DNA from: Chiloscyllium plagiosum | Lineage: Eukaryota | DNA length: 64,000 bases | Assembly: GCF_004010195.1 (NCBI RefSeq) | Contig: NC_057719.1 | Location: 15,096,974 to 15,160,973 of the forward strand | Direction of reading: 5' to 3' | In this document: positions 1-11,105 of the stretch, piece after piece | How the letters are laid out: the number at the start of each line of letters is the position of its first letter | Numbering within the stretch: the stretch's first letter is position 1 | Translations under genes and position numbers: made by a program | The notes under the pieces: generated by a model | The model's database searches: none | What the model saw: the letters and a program-made list of their open reading frames with translations, nothing else | Told to the model about the DNA's origin: nothing

Positions 1-148
1 GTCTCCCCGATGTAGAGGAGACCACATCGGGAGCAACGGATACAATAAATGATATTAGTGGATGTGCAGGTAAAATTTTGATAGATATGGAAGGCTCCTT
101 TAGGGCCTTGGATAGAGGTGAGGGAGGAGGTGTGGGCACAGGTTCCAC
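1..148 (-). mobile_element. Penelope-like element, GIY-YIG endonuclease fragment (cut by the window edge)
   Basis: Minus strand translates as CGTCAHTSSLTSIQGPKGAFHIYQNFTCTSTNIIYCIRCSRCGLLYIGET, the PLE Cys-rich linker plus the IIYC...YIGET GIY-YIG motif. Confidence 0.88.
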
Positions 149-880
149 AGAAATGCCAGGCAATGTCCATCTCCAACAAGGGACAATGTAACCACAACTC
201 TTTGACATTCAATGGTGTTACCTTCATTGAATCCCTCACTATCAACATCCTCAGGGTTACAATTGACTAGAAACCCAACTGGATTTGTCATATAGTGGCT
301 ACAAGAGCAGGTCAGATGTTAGGAATACTGTGGAGAGTAACTCATCTCTTGATTCCCCAAAGCCTGTACTCCATCTACAAGACACAAGTCAGGGGTATGA
401 TGGGATACTCCATGCCTGCCTGGATGAGTGCAGCCTAACCAACAGTCAAACAAATTGACAGCATCCAACACAAAGCAGCCCACTTGACTGGCACCACATT
501 GAAAACCATCCATTCTGTCCACCATCAATGTTCAGTAGCAATATTGTGTACAATATACAGATGCCCTGCAGAAACTCATCAAGACAGCATCTTCCAATCC
601 CACAACTATCTAGAAGGACCAAGACAGCAGAAAAATGGGAACACCACCACTGCAGTTTCCCCTCCAAGCCACTCACCATCCTGACTTGGAAATATATCGC
701 TGTCATTGTGTAAATATCCTGGAATCACCTCCTTATGGGTAATTTGGATCAACTTGCAGATGGTGGACTGCAGTGGTTCAAGAAGGCAGCTCACCACCAC
801 CTTGTCAAGGCCAACAAGGGATGGGTAATAAATGCTGGCCAGAAAGTGACGTCCACGACCCATGAACGAATAGAAAAAAA
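149..880 (+). mobile_element. LINE family B (CR1/jockey group), 3' end
   Basis: Decayed YKxQVRxxMxY...W...LDxIQxKAA C-terminal RT region, then a 3' UTR ending aataaatgctggcc...catgaacgaatagaaaaaaa. The same sequence recurs at about 8100-8560, 31950-32505, 45785-46533 and 63095-63590. Confidence 0.85.
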
Positions 881-2449
881 AGACATGTTACAAATCGCCT
901 TTGACTAGAACCTGCCCTTCCCCCCCACCCCAAACCCTCTACTAGCATAGCAAGTGTATAACAAAATGATTGCACGTGATATGTAGCTGGGGTTTCCAAA
1001 TGGCTGCTTCATGCATTTGTTCCATTGATGCCCTCGCATTCAGCAAACATGGATCCCATGCTTTTGCTCATCAAAGTGACACTGACTCTGCCCACCCTGG
1101 ACATTGTCCCAGCCACTTGGAGCACTTCACATGAAAAGAATGGAAAGTGACGGCAGGGAACGCAGTTCACGGTAGACGCCATCAGGACCAGGTTCCTCCC
1201 CCGAAAGCCTTCATATTGCATTTTACCTTGCACGACCCTGACAGCCCATTTCCACCCATCCCTACAATGTGGAGACCAATGGCATTGAATTTCGATCATT
1301 GTCCTCCCTACCCTCCTGAAACTTAATGATATACCTAACAGATGCCACCCTTCTTTCCTGTGGAGATACCCTCCCGTAGCTGTTCCACATACATTCATCC
1401 CCCCCCATATGCCTTGAGATTTGCCCTGTCACCTTCCTTGTCCCCATTTCTCTCCAATACCACCCATGACTTCCCCATGCCTTCAAGTAGTTACCCTTCT
1501 AGGTCTCTATTCAAACTCTCTTGAAAGATCATTGGAAGGACAATTTGGACTGTTTTCTCCCAGGCCTCTGACCGACTTCAATGAGCAGCCCTTAGGTATG
1601 TCCGACTTAGACCCCTGACCATTTTGAGATGGTACACAATTTCCCTGACTGAAAAACAGAAAAGATGGAGTGAGATCCATTCAGTGTCAAGAATGGCCTC
1701 ATTTGACCTCTTATCACGGGTCTCACCACATTGCTCACACCCATATAAGATTCCCGCCATCAGCAATCAGATATATCAATTCGTTACCCGTTACGTTAAT
1801 ATGATAAAACATTATTACAGAGACAGAGAGGAGGACCGGATATTGAGACTCATTCTTTCTGATGCTGAACTCTTCTGCCCAAAAGCTCAAAGAACATCAT
1901 CACACTGGGTGGATCTTATGACACTCCTCCATATTAACCCCTTCAGACCCAAACAGAACCGGGACTAGGCGAACCCACTGCTCAGATTGAAGGTACATGG
2001 TGATCAGAAGTGGAAACAAGAAAAAGTTCAACAGAGAAGAAAGAAAACATGAAAAAGAATTGAACAGGACCAGAAAAAAATGGCAGGAAGTCACGTGAGT
2101 GGAATGAATCCAGATCAATTGGCAAATTCAGTAACTCCAGAATATTGAGAATCTAAGTAGCAACAATACGCTTTCACTCAATCATCAGACATACAGAATA
2201 TCTGACATACAGCTTTATTAATAACTCACCAGGCTTTCCCGTTGTATACAGCTGGAACACTCAAAGGTTTGCAATGCTTGGTATTTCTTTGTGAAAAATG
2301 AAACCACGATCTCTAACCTGCAAATTCACCTTACTCCATCCCACCACTATCCGAACACAAACTCGGCTCATTTGTACAAAAGAAAAGATTGTTCTTTCCC
2401 CCAATTTACTGCAACGTTCACAGTTAAGACAGAGAACAATAGTTCAGTC

Positions 2450-4030
2450 ACGGCATATAATGAGACTGTCGCACGGTCTGCAGGTGGAGAGGGAGCTGGA
2501 AGAGGTGAGTGAATTGGTATGCAAGGAATAGAATAGAAATGAATGGGTTTTGAAAGGGGATTCTATAATTATGGGATAGATGCTGCTCTGTGCAAGCATT
2601 ACTGAGAGTTCTGAAGGACACGCTGTTTAACCAGTGACAAAGTAAGGGATCCCTTGGGGTGGTTGTATTGGAATTTGTAAAGGAAGGGGAAAAGTCCAAT
2701 TGCCGTGTTAGAATAGGAAACCTTGGTAGGAAAAGGATCTTGCTGAGGGAATATCAGGCGTTAGGTGCTAAATTCACAAGCAGGAATTTGAGAGCGCTAA
2801 TCATTGGATTATTGCCTAAACTTAATGCAAATCCAATGAAGGCTGAAATCAGGACTGCTCACACATGGTGTAGGATTGATGTGGGAAAGAGAGGATACTT
2901 TTCATGGGTTACCGACATGGATACTGGGAAAAGATGTATTGCACAGATGGGACAAACTGCAGCTGGGACTAGTGTTCTGGAGGAAAGGATAAAAAAGCCT
3001 AAATGTAATAGTGACATGGTAAAGACTATGTATTGTAAAGGCGGTGAGAGGAGAGTTCTTGAATGTATTGAGGCAAAAGCTATTAGATTCTCATTAAGCA
3101 AAGAGGTGAAAGGTTATCAGAGCTAGTGTAAAATATGGAGTGATAAGATCAGCGGATTCGCAGGATCTTGCTCAGGCAGCGACAGTGGTACTGCTCCAGC
3201 ACCTTGAGATATCTGCTGCAGACAGTCCATGTCTCAGATCCAAATAGGAGGGCGGGAGCTACCACATCTCTGTAAATTCCGAGCTTGGTGTCAGATCTAA
3301 TGTTGTTGTCCTCGAACACCCTTTCCCTCAGGTGGCCAAAGGCTGCGCCAGCACACTGGAGGCAGTACTGAATCGCTCCATCAATAGCTGCCTGGGCTGA
3401 GGTATTCAAAGTGATCAATGTTTTCTAAGACCTCCTCTTGATGATCTGGGGTTTGCTCCACAATGCCAGGCCAGGTCAATGGAGGACCTTTGGCTGGTAG
3501 ATGTTCAGGATCCCCAGCATTCAGGCACTGACCGCGCCCCTTGATTGGCTGCGATTGGCTGGGCACGTCATCTGGATGACCGACTGATTCCCAAGCAGGT
3601 GCATCTCCGAAATGGCAGGCGAGACCCAGGTGGACAGAGGAAGTGCTTCAGGGATGTCCTCAAGGCCTCACTGGGTGAAGTGCGGCACTCCCACAGAGAC
3701 CTGGGAAGCACTGGCCCAAGGCTGTCCAAAGTGGAGGAGAGCACACGGGAAGGCTTCGAGCACCACAAGACCTGCCCATCGGGAAAAAGCGGATGTTGGC
3801 AGAAACAGTGTACAGAGCACGCTGCCACACCAACGTCCCCAACCACCCCCTTCCCATGATCACCTTCTGCCCCTAATGTAGCAGAGGCTGTGATAGCTGC
3901 ATCGGTCTGTACAGTCTCCTACAGACTCACCCTGAGAGTCATCCTCAACTGCAAAGGATCACCAATAATGATGAATCAGAGCAGCCATGATCTTACTGAA
4001 TAGTAGAGCAGATTTGAGAGGCTGTGTTTG
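2450..4030 (+). mobile_element. Old CR1 LINE remnant: ORF1 SGNH-esterase region joined to a 3' UTR, interrupted by an RTE
   Basis: GDSII motif at about 2557 and LLREYQALGAKFTSRNLRALIIGLLP resemble CR1 ORF1 esterase. A CR1-type 3' UTR is split at 3152/3975 (...gataagatcag | agcagccatgatcttactgaat...). Confidence 0.65.
3149..3975. mobile_element. RTE-clade LINE 3' fragment with inverted 5' part (minus about 3149-3509, plus about 3510-3975)
   Basis: Minus part: EVLENIDHFEYL...AAFGHLRERVF...TKLGIYRDVVAPALLFGSETWT...CLSKILRIR. Plus part: IPSIQAL...IPKQV...GRRDPGGQRKCFRDVLKASL, WEALAQ..KWRR, then an atgatga tail. These are typical RTE/BovB-like C-terminal motifs. Confidence 0.88.
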
Positions 4031-4239
4031 CATGTTCACAAGTCCATGACAATGCCTCTACCAGAGTCTGCTTGCATACTAATCTACACTCTCTTCCCAT
4101 AAAGTATAAAAAAGGTGTTTTCCCATTATATTTGTATTTCTTGCAAATTTCCCTGATAATAGCAAGACAAAACACTGACAAATGTGGGGTCTTTTCAGCA
4201 TTAAATTAAAGACTTTCAGAATGGGAAACATAACTTTTA

Positions 4240-4770
4240 AATTTGTGGTGATTGCCAAACTGAAGGGATAGTCAATCATTGGGAGAATTGTAACAAATTA
4301 CAAAAGGCCATGGATAAACGTACAAAATTGGCGTATAATTAGCAAATGAATTTCAACATATTTAAGTGTGATACATTACATTTGGCAAGAAAAATAACAG
4401 GGTCACGTATTACTTGGAAAATAAGAATTTAAATAGGATGGCACAGCAAAGGGATTGGAAAGTACAAATACTCTAATCACTAAAAGTAGTAACATAGGAT
4501 AATGAAGCAATTATAAAACAAACCAAACAGTAGGATTTATCTTTTGAGGAATGGAGTTGAAAAGCAGAACAAATAGGATGAATTGCACCAATCTTTGGTC
4601 AGACCACACTTACATAGAAACAAATGCGAATAAGGATAGGACACATAGTGCCTCAAGTCTGTACTATTCAAGCTACTGTATACAATACTGGCCACTGTAT
4701 TGAAATAAGGATGGAGGGATGCTGGACAGAGTCCAAATACTTTTTGCAAGAATGGTACCAAAAAAGCAAG
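4240..4770 (+). mobile_element. Highly decayed CR1 ORF2 fragment
   Basis: Degenerate version of the WQMEFN.DKC..LHFG and LVRPHLE region seen in younger copies. Confidence 0.65.
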
Positions 4771-4854
4771 GTTATATCAGAAACTGAATTTGCCATCTTA
4801 ATACTATGACTACAAGAACTGCAAGAAGCTGGGAATTCATCAACCTAAATCAGC

Positions 4855-5135
4855 GTCATTTACAAGACACAATTCAGGACTGTGATGGAATAATCCCCAC
4901 TTCCCTTCATTCCCTCCACCTCAGACCACATAATAACAGCAGTGTGTACCATCTACAAGACCGACTGCAAACAATCCCCCAAGGTTCCTTTGACATTGCC
5001 TTCCAAATGGTGACCTCTAATACCTTGTAAGACAAGGGAGCAGCCACGTATGCATGCACCCTGCATGTTCCCCTCCAAGTCACACACCATCTGGACTGGG
5101 AATTATGTTGTGATTCCTCCACTGTCACTAGATCC
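4855..5135 (+). mobile_element. LINE family B fragment
   Basis: Similar to 370-720 (tacaagacacaa..tgatggaata; gtgtaccatctacaaga; ttcccctccaagtcacacaccatc). Confidence 0.7.
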
Positions 5136-5267
5136 ACATCCAGGTGAACAGGTTAAGGGGAAGACTGCCTGTAATCCTGAGAAAGCACGTTAAGGTACAT
5201 TGAAGGTTCCTCCCCTTTGTCTGGAGTAAGTCTCCCCACAGAGAGCTTGAATAAGCCAGTAGCTCTG

Positions 5268-5390
5268 TAGTTCTGATGAAAAGTCACTGGATTCAAAATG
5301 TTCATGCTTTCTTCCCACCAATTCTGCCAGACCTGCTGAGCTTCTGTTTTCGTTTCATATCTGCAGCATCCACAGTTCTTTGTTTTATTA
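5268..5390 (+). mobile_element. PLE terminal-repeat fragment (family C) with degenerate hammerhead core
   Basis: agttCTGATGA at 5273-5279 followed by a decayed stem II/GAAA and ctgccagacctgctgag, as at 24960-25078. Confidence 0.65.
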
Positions 5391-5514
5391 AAGCCCCATA
5401 GTTCTAGCAACGCTGGGTAGGAGCGGAGGCCATTCTTTGGACTACAGGCTATCCCACTTCACTCAAGGGCCTAGTCAAGCTGAATTTGGGGGTTTTCAGC
5501 AAGGGGGGTTCAGT

Positions 5515-5705
5515 GATAAGAACAGAAAACGCTGGAGAAACTCAGCATCTGTGGAAAGAGAAACAGAGTTAATGTTTTGAACCTGTTCAAAGGAAGACTT
5601 TTCAGACTTGAAACATGATTTATTTCTCCACAGATGTTGCCAGACCTGTTGAGTTGCTCGAGCAATTTCTGTTTTTTTTTCAAGTTTCCAGCATTTGCTT
5701 TCATT
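5515..5705. mobile_element. Head-to-head inverted PLE terminal repeats (family C)
   Basis: aacagaaaacgctggagaaactcagcatctgtgga is mirrored by tccacagatgttgccagacctgttgagttgctcgagcaatttctgtt. Confidence 0.7.
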
Positions 5706-5872
5706 TGAGGGGTTTTGGGGGAAATGTTCTGGAAAACCAGGTGAGGGATAAAGGGGGAGAATGTGCTCTGCTGGTCCAATGAGCCTTAGAAAGGAGTTTC
5801 CCACATGCCTGGCTGTGTGTAACCCTGAGTAATTTAGACTGTTGTTTGTAACCTGGAATATTATGCACAGCA

Positions 5873-7170
5873 TTGGTCTCCTTATTTGACGAAGGACATT
5901 CTGGTTATGAAGGGAATGCAAAGACTGATTCCTGGGATGGCAGGAACTGATGTATGAGGAGAGATTGGATCGGTTAGGATTATATTCACTGGAGTTCAAA
6001 AGAATGACAGGGGATCTCATTGAAAACCAAGAAAATTCCAACAGGATAAGACAAGGTAAATGTAAACAGGACAATCCCAATAACCAGAGAATCAAGAACC
6101 AGAGGTCACAGTTTAAGGATACGGGATAGGCCATTTAGGATCAAGATGAGGAGAAATTTCTTCACCCAGAGTATGGTGAGACTGAAGAATTCTCTGCTGT
6201 AAAAGTGGTTGATGACAGAACATTGTGTTTTCAAGAAGATGTTTGATTTAGTTCTCAAGGTTACAGAGGTCAAGGGGTATGGGGAGAAAGTAGGGAAAAG
6301 GTACTCAGTTGGATAATCAATTATGATCATATTGAATCTTAGTAGGACTTACACACTTAATGGTAAGGTCCTAGGGAGTGTTGCTGATCAAAGAGACCTT
6401 GGAGTGCAGGTTCATAGCTCCTTGAAAATGGAGTCACAGTTGGATAGGATAGTGAAGAAGGCATTTGGTATGCTTTCCTTTATTGGTCAGAGTATTGAGT
6501 ACAGGAGTTGGGAGGTCATGTTGCAGCTGTACAGGATATTGGTTCGGCGACCTTTGGAATATTGCATGCAATTCTGGTCTCCTTCCTATTGGAAGGATGT
6601 TATGAAACTTGAAAAGGTTCAGAAAAGATTTACAAGAATGTTGTCAGGGTTGGAGGATTTGAGCTATAGGGAGAGGCTGAACAGGCTGGGGCTGTTTTCC
6701 CTGGAGTGTCGGAGGCTGAAGGTGACCTTATAGAGGTTTACAAAATTATGAGGGCATGAATAGGATAAATAGCCAAAGTCTTTTCCCTGGGGTCGGGAAG
6801 TCCAGCACGAGAGGGCATAGGTTTAGGGTGAGAGGGGAAAGATACAAAAGAGACATAAGGGGCAACTTTTTCACGCAGAGGGTGGTACGTGTATGGAATG
6901 AGCTGCCAGAGGAAGTGGTGGAGGCTGGTACAATTGCAACATTTAAAAGGCATCTGGATGGGTATATGAATAGGAAGGGTTTGGAGGGATATGGGCCAGG
7001 TGCTGACAGGCGAGACTAGATTGGGTTGGGATATCTGATTGGCATGGAAGGGTTGGACCGAAGGGTCTGTTTCCATGCTGTACATCTCTATGACTCTGAC
7101 TCTATGACTGATGGAGCAGACTTGAGGGGTCAAATAGCCTGCTCTTGCTTCCATTCCCTATATTTTTAGG
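5873..7170 (+). mobile_element. CR1 LINE 3' fragment (host), with its 3' UTR split by a younger CR1
   Basis: WSPYL..D, RLIPGM, LGLYSLEF motifs. The UTR gatcatattgaat|gatggagcag is interrupted at 6335/7108. Confidence 0.8.
6336..7107 (+). mobile_element. CR1 (HER1-like) LINE 3' fragment
   Basis: QRDLGVQVHSSLK...LEYCMQFWSP...LGLFSLECRRL, TRGHRFRV...FFTQRVVRVWNELP and a ctctatgact tail. Confidence 0.93.
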
Positions 7171-7339
7171 TTTCTAGCTGAAGCCATCTGATTTTCCACA
7201 TGGCCTGGAGCCACCACTCCCCTCCCCAATCCTACTGCCAATACAATGTGAGTGGATGTAGAATGGAACCCTTAAGTAGCCTTTAATTGGCCCCAACACC
7301 TCTTCCACCCCCCTCTCCTCTGTAAAATTTCAGACAGGA

Positions 7340-8560
7340 CAGGGTGGTCAATAACCTGCTCAGTGATGTCCAGCTTGGGTTCAACTAGGACCACACAGCT
7401 CCTGTCATCATTACAGCCTTGGTTCAAACATGAACTAAAGAGCTGAATTCCAGAGGTAACAGCCCTGGACCTCAAGGCAGCATTCAGCCAGGTCTGGTAC
7501 CAGGGTATCAATGGATATCAGGAGCAAACTCTGTGCTGGTTGCAGTCATACCAGGCACATGGGATTATGGTTGTGATAGTTCCAGGACATCTCTGCAGGA
7601 GTTTCTCAGGGTGATGTCTGAGGCCCCATCCATCATCAGCTGTTTCATAAAAGACTTTCCCTCCATCATATAATCAATTGTGAAGATGTTCGACGACGAA
7701 TGCACAATATTCAGCACCATTCACGACTCCTCAGATTCATCAGGTGCTCCCGATGCAGTCTCCCCAATGTGGTCTCCCCTACATTGGGGAGACTGAACGT
7801 AAACTTAAGGAACAGCTCAACAAGCGTCACAGCTGAGCCCACAGGGGCCGACTAGACATACCAGTCACTGCCCATTTTAATTCCCCTTCTCAATCCCTTT
7901 CTGACATGACCATCCTTGATCTTCTCCATTGCCACAACAAATCACACCGCAAATTGGAGGAAGACCACCTCATCTTCCGCTTGGGCAGCCTACAGCCCGG
8001 AGGACTCAACATTGATTTTCAATTTCAAATAACTTCTCTTCCCTTCCCTTCCCTTCCCTTCCCCTGACTCCCTTCCCAGCCCCTCCCCCTTGGTCTGACA
8101 AATGGCAAGTAGTATTTGTGCCAGACAATGAGCATCTCCGATAAGGGACAATCCAACCATCATTCTTTTGACACCATCCAGGACAAAGCAGCCATTAATT
8201 GGCAACACATCCGCAACTGACACTCAGTGGCAGCTTCTTTAAAATGAACCACAGAAATTCACTGAAGATCCTTAGATCCAAACCCACAAAAACTTTTATC
8301 TGGAAGGAAAGGGCAGCAATCCATGGGAGCACCACCACCTGTTGTTCCCATCCAAGTTGATCCCCATTCTGACATGAATTATATTGCTGTTCCTTCACTG
8401 TCACTGGGTCAAAACCCTGGAATTTCCTCCCTGATGGCATTGTGGGTTAACCCACAGTAGGTGGACTGCACCACCATCGTCTCAAGAGCAGCAGAAATGG
8501 GCAATAAATGCTGGCCCAGCCAGTGATACCCCACATATCATGAGTGAATAAACGAAAAAG
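7340..8560 (+). mobile_element. LINE family B (RT region to 3' end), interrupted by a PLE
   Basis: ALDLKAAF..VW, SQG.V.GP and MFDDECT (FADD-like) motifs, then the family B 3' UTR ending catgagtgaataaacgaaaa. Confidence 0.82.
7737..8090 (+). mobile_element. Penelope-like element, GIY-YIG C-terminus and pyrimidine-rich 3' UTR
   Basis: YIGETERKL...PVTAHFNSPSQSLSDMTILDLLHC....RKLEEDHLIFRLGSLQPGGLNID followed by (CCCTT)n. Confidence 0.9.
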
Positions 8561-8679
8561 TATATGCGGGAGAAGGTAACAGAGGATAATGCTGATAGAA
8601 TAGATAAGTGGAGCTTTAAATGCAAACATAGCCTGCTTCGATCAGATGGTTTGGACCTGTGGTGTATATACATGTGGCA

Positions 8680-8950
8680 ATAACTGACATTTATATAGTG
8701 CTCTTCACATCGTAAAACGCCCCAAGGCACTTCACAAGAATATTATCAAATAACATTTTACACATATGGAGATGAAAGGAATGGAGACCAAAAGCTAAAA
8801 AACTTTGCTTAAAGGAATGCCTTATTGGAAGAGCATGTGAGGTGGAGAGGCAGTAAGGTTTAGGGAGGGGTAATAGACCTTAGGGCCTAAGCAACTGATG
8901 GCATAAAGGCCTGTTGTGGAGTAATAAAAGGAAAGAATGCACAAAAGGCC
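8680..8950 (-). mobile_element. L2-type LINE 3' end remnant
   Basis: catttatatagtgctcttcac...aaggcacttcaca is the reverse complement of an L2-type tail; downstream ttagggaggg..ttagggcctaagcaactga fits L2 ORF2 end. Confidence 0.6.
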
Positions 8951-9488
8951 AGATTGAAAACACTTAAGACCACTGTAAACTTGGAAGGCCTTCAATCTCT
9001 CAAACCCATCCCAAATCCTTCTCTATTATTTGCTAATTTGCACCTTCTAATCAAACTACTAAGTCCTAACTAAATATTTGTGCAAATAAAAGCCTCTGAA
9101 ATGCTCTGAAGACGTGATCTTAATTTTTTAATTACAGGTCATAAAACAGATGCAGCCGTGCTTATAATTGCAAGAACATTATTGTTTATACAAATAGTGC
9201 AGCTATCGAATGTACTTATTTGGAACAAATTAAAGCAGTTGCAGATATCAAAGAGGCAGCAGGGTAATACTGGGCATCAAGTAAGCCCCTCACTTGTGTC
9301 AAAACATCAAAGTTATCAAAGTTATCCGAAAGCTTTCAATTAAGGCATCAAAAGGTCTCAAAACTATCAATATAGAGCTCTCCAGAAAGGCTTTCAAAGA
9401 CATTGTTGAAGTTCTCAAAGGGATCTATTAATGTCAATTGACACTGGGGGAGAAAGGAATTGGGAAACAGAAATAGAAAGGAAATATG

Positions 9489-9752
9489 ATCCCAGCCTTG
9501 GGCAACTGTCTGTGTGGAGTTTGCACATTCACCCCGCGTCTGCGTGGGTTTACTCCTGGTGCTCCAGCTTCCTCCCGCAGTCCAAAGATGTACCCGTCAG
9601 GTGAATTGGCCATGCTAAATTGCCCATAGTGTTAGGTGCATTAGTCAGAGGGAGATGGGTCTGTGTGGGTTACTCTTCGGAGGGTCAGTGTGGATTTGTT
9701 GGGCCGAAGGACCTGTTTCCGCACTGTAGGGAATCTAACCTAATCTAATCTA
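9489..9752 (+). mobile_element. HE1/V-SINE, 5'-truncated
   Basis: V-domain tgtgtggagtttgcac...gggtt and 3' tail gggccgaagg..ctgtttcc..ctgta..(taatc)n. Confidence 0.93.
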
Positions 9753-9854
9753 TTGCACAAGTAACAAAATTGATTAAAATTTTCACTTTAGTGTAAAACT
9801 AATCTGCATAGCAATAAAATCTCTAAAACCTTAAAAACTACACAAATAATAGAT

Positions 9855-10502
9855 GTCTATAAAATAATGGGGGCTATAGATAAGGTGGATAGTCAGAGGC
9901 TTATTCCCCAGAGTGGAAAGCTCACTTACAAGAGAGAACAGGTTCAAGGTGAGAGGGGAAAAGTGTGGGGAAAATATTTTACCCAGAGGATGGTGGGTGC
10001 CTGGAACATACTGCCAGTAGAGGAAGTAGGCACGTTAGCAATGTTTAAGGCATACCTTGATAGCCACATGAATGGGAGGGGTATAAACTGTGTATGGACA
10101 ATAAATAGCAGATCTATGATTAGATTACTTACAGTGTGGAAACAGGTCCTTCAGCCCAACAAGTCCACACCGCCCCGCCGAAGCGCAACCCACCCATACC
10201 CCTACATCTACCCCTTACCTAACACTACAGGCAATTTAGCATAGCCAATTCACCTGACCTGCACATCTTTGGACTGTGGGAGGAAACTGGAGCACCCAGA
10301 GGAAACCCACACAGACACGGGGAGAATGTGCAAACTCCACACAGTCAGTCGCCTGAGGCGGGAATTGAACCCGGGTCTCTGGTGCTGTGAGGCAGCAGTG
10401 CTAACCACTGTGCCACCGTGCCGCCCATAAATAAGGATTAGGAATCAGTGCAGGCTTGGTGGGCTGAAGGGCCTGTTCCTATGCTGTATTGTTCTTTGTT
10501 CC
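9855..10502 (+). mobile_element. CR1 3' end interrupted by an HE1 SINE
   Basis: YKIMGAIDKVD, FTQRMVGAWN and a gggctgaagggcctgttcct tail. Confidence 0.85.
10118..10426 (-). mobile_element. Full-length HE1/V-SINE with intact-looking Pol III boxes
   Basis: Minus strand begins GGGCGGCACGGTGGCACAGTGGTTAGCAC (A box), has GGTTCAATTCC (B box), the V-domain and a TAATC tail. Confidence 0.95.
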
Positions 10503-10614
10503 TGGTTTTCTAATAGTTATATAAACTTCACAAACCTTACAACCATACAAACAATAATGATAAACAATGAAACAGGAAGTATAGCAAAAATATAGAAACA
10601 ATAGCAACCAAAAA

Positions 10615-11105
10615 ACAGAGTCATAGACGCATAACCTTCAGACCAACTGGTCCATGCTGATCATATTCCCAAACTATACTGTATTAGTCCCACTTCCCTG
10701 CATTTGGCCCACATCCCTCCAAATCTTTCCTATTCATGCACTTATCCAAAGGTCTTTTCAATGCTGGAAATGTATCTGCATCCACCACTTCCTCTGACAG
10801 TTCATTCTACACACAAACCATTCACTGTGCAATAAAGTTGCCCCTCATTTCCTTTTTCTTCTTAAAAATAAATCCCCTAGTTTTAAACGCCCCCACCCCA
10901 TGGGAAAGACCCCTGCTAGTCACATTATCCATGCTGCTGCTGATTCTTTAAACCTCTACAAGGTCAGCCTTCAACCTTGTGCACTCCAGTGAAAACGTTT
11001 CAGTCTATCCAGCCTATCTTCATAACTCAAACTGTCCAATCCCAGTGACATCCTGGTAAATCTTTTCTGAACCCTCTCCAATTTAATAATAGCCTTCCTA
11101 TAGCA
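10615..11105 (-). mobile_element. CR1 3' fragment
   Basis: Reverse-complement similarity to 6600-7100. Confidence 0.85.

Noticed and set aside
1000..1060. MAASCIC start superficially like hepadnavirus X protein
   Set aside because: Only a few residues match and no polymerase or core motifs are nearby.
5496..6134. 212-aa minus ORF, and similar ORFs such as 17243-17851
   Set aside because: Antisense frames across CR1 and PLE repeats.
10350..10426. tRNA genes at A/B-box sequences (also 31260-31338, 34207-34280 and others)
   Set aside because: These are tRNA-derived SINE heads continuing into the V-domain and LINE-like tails.
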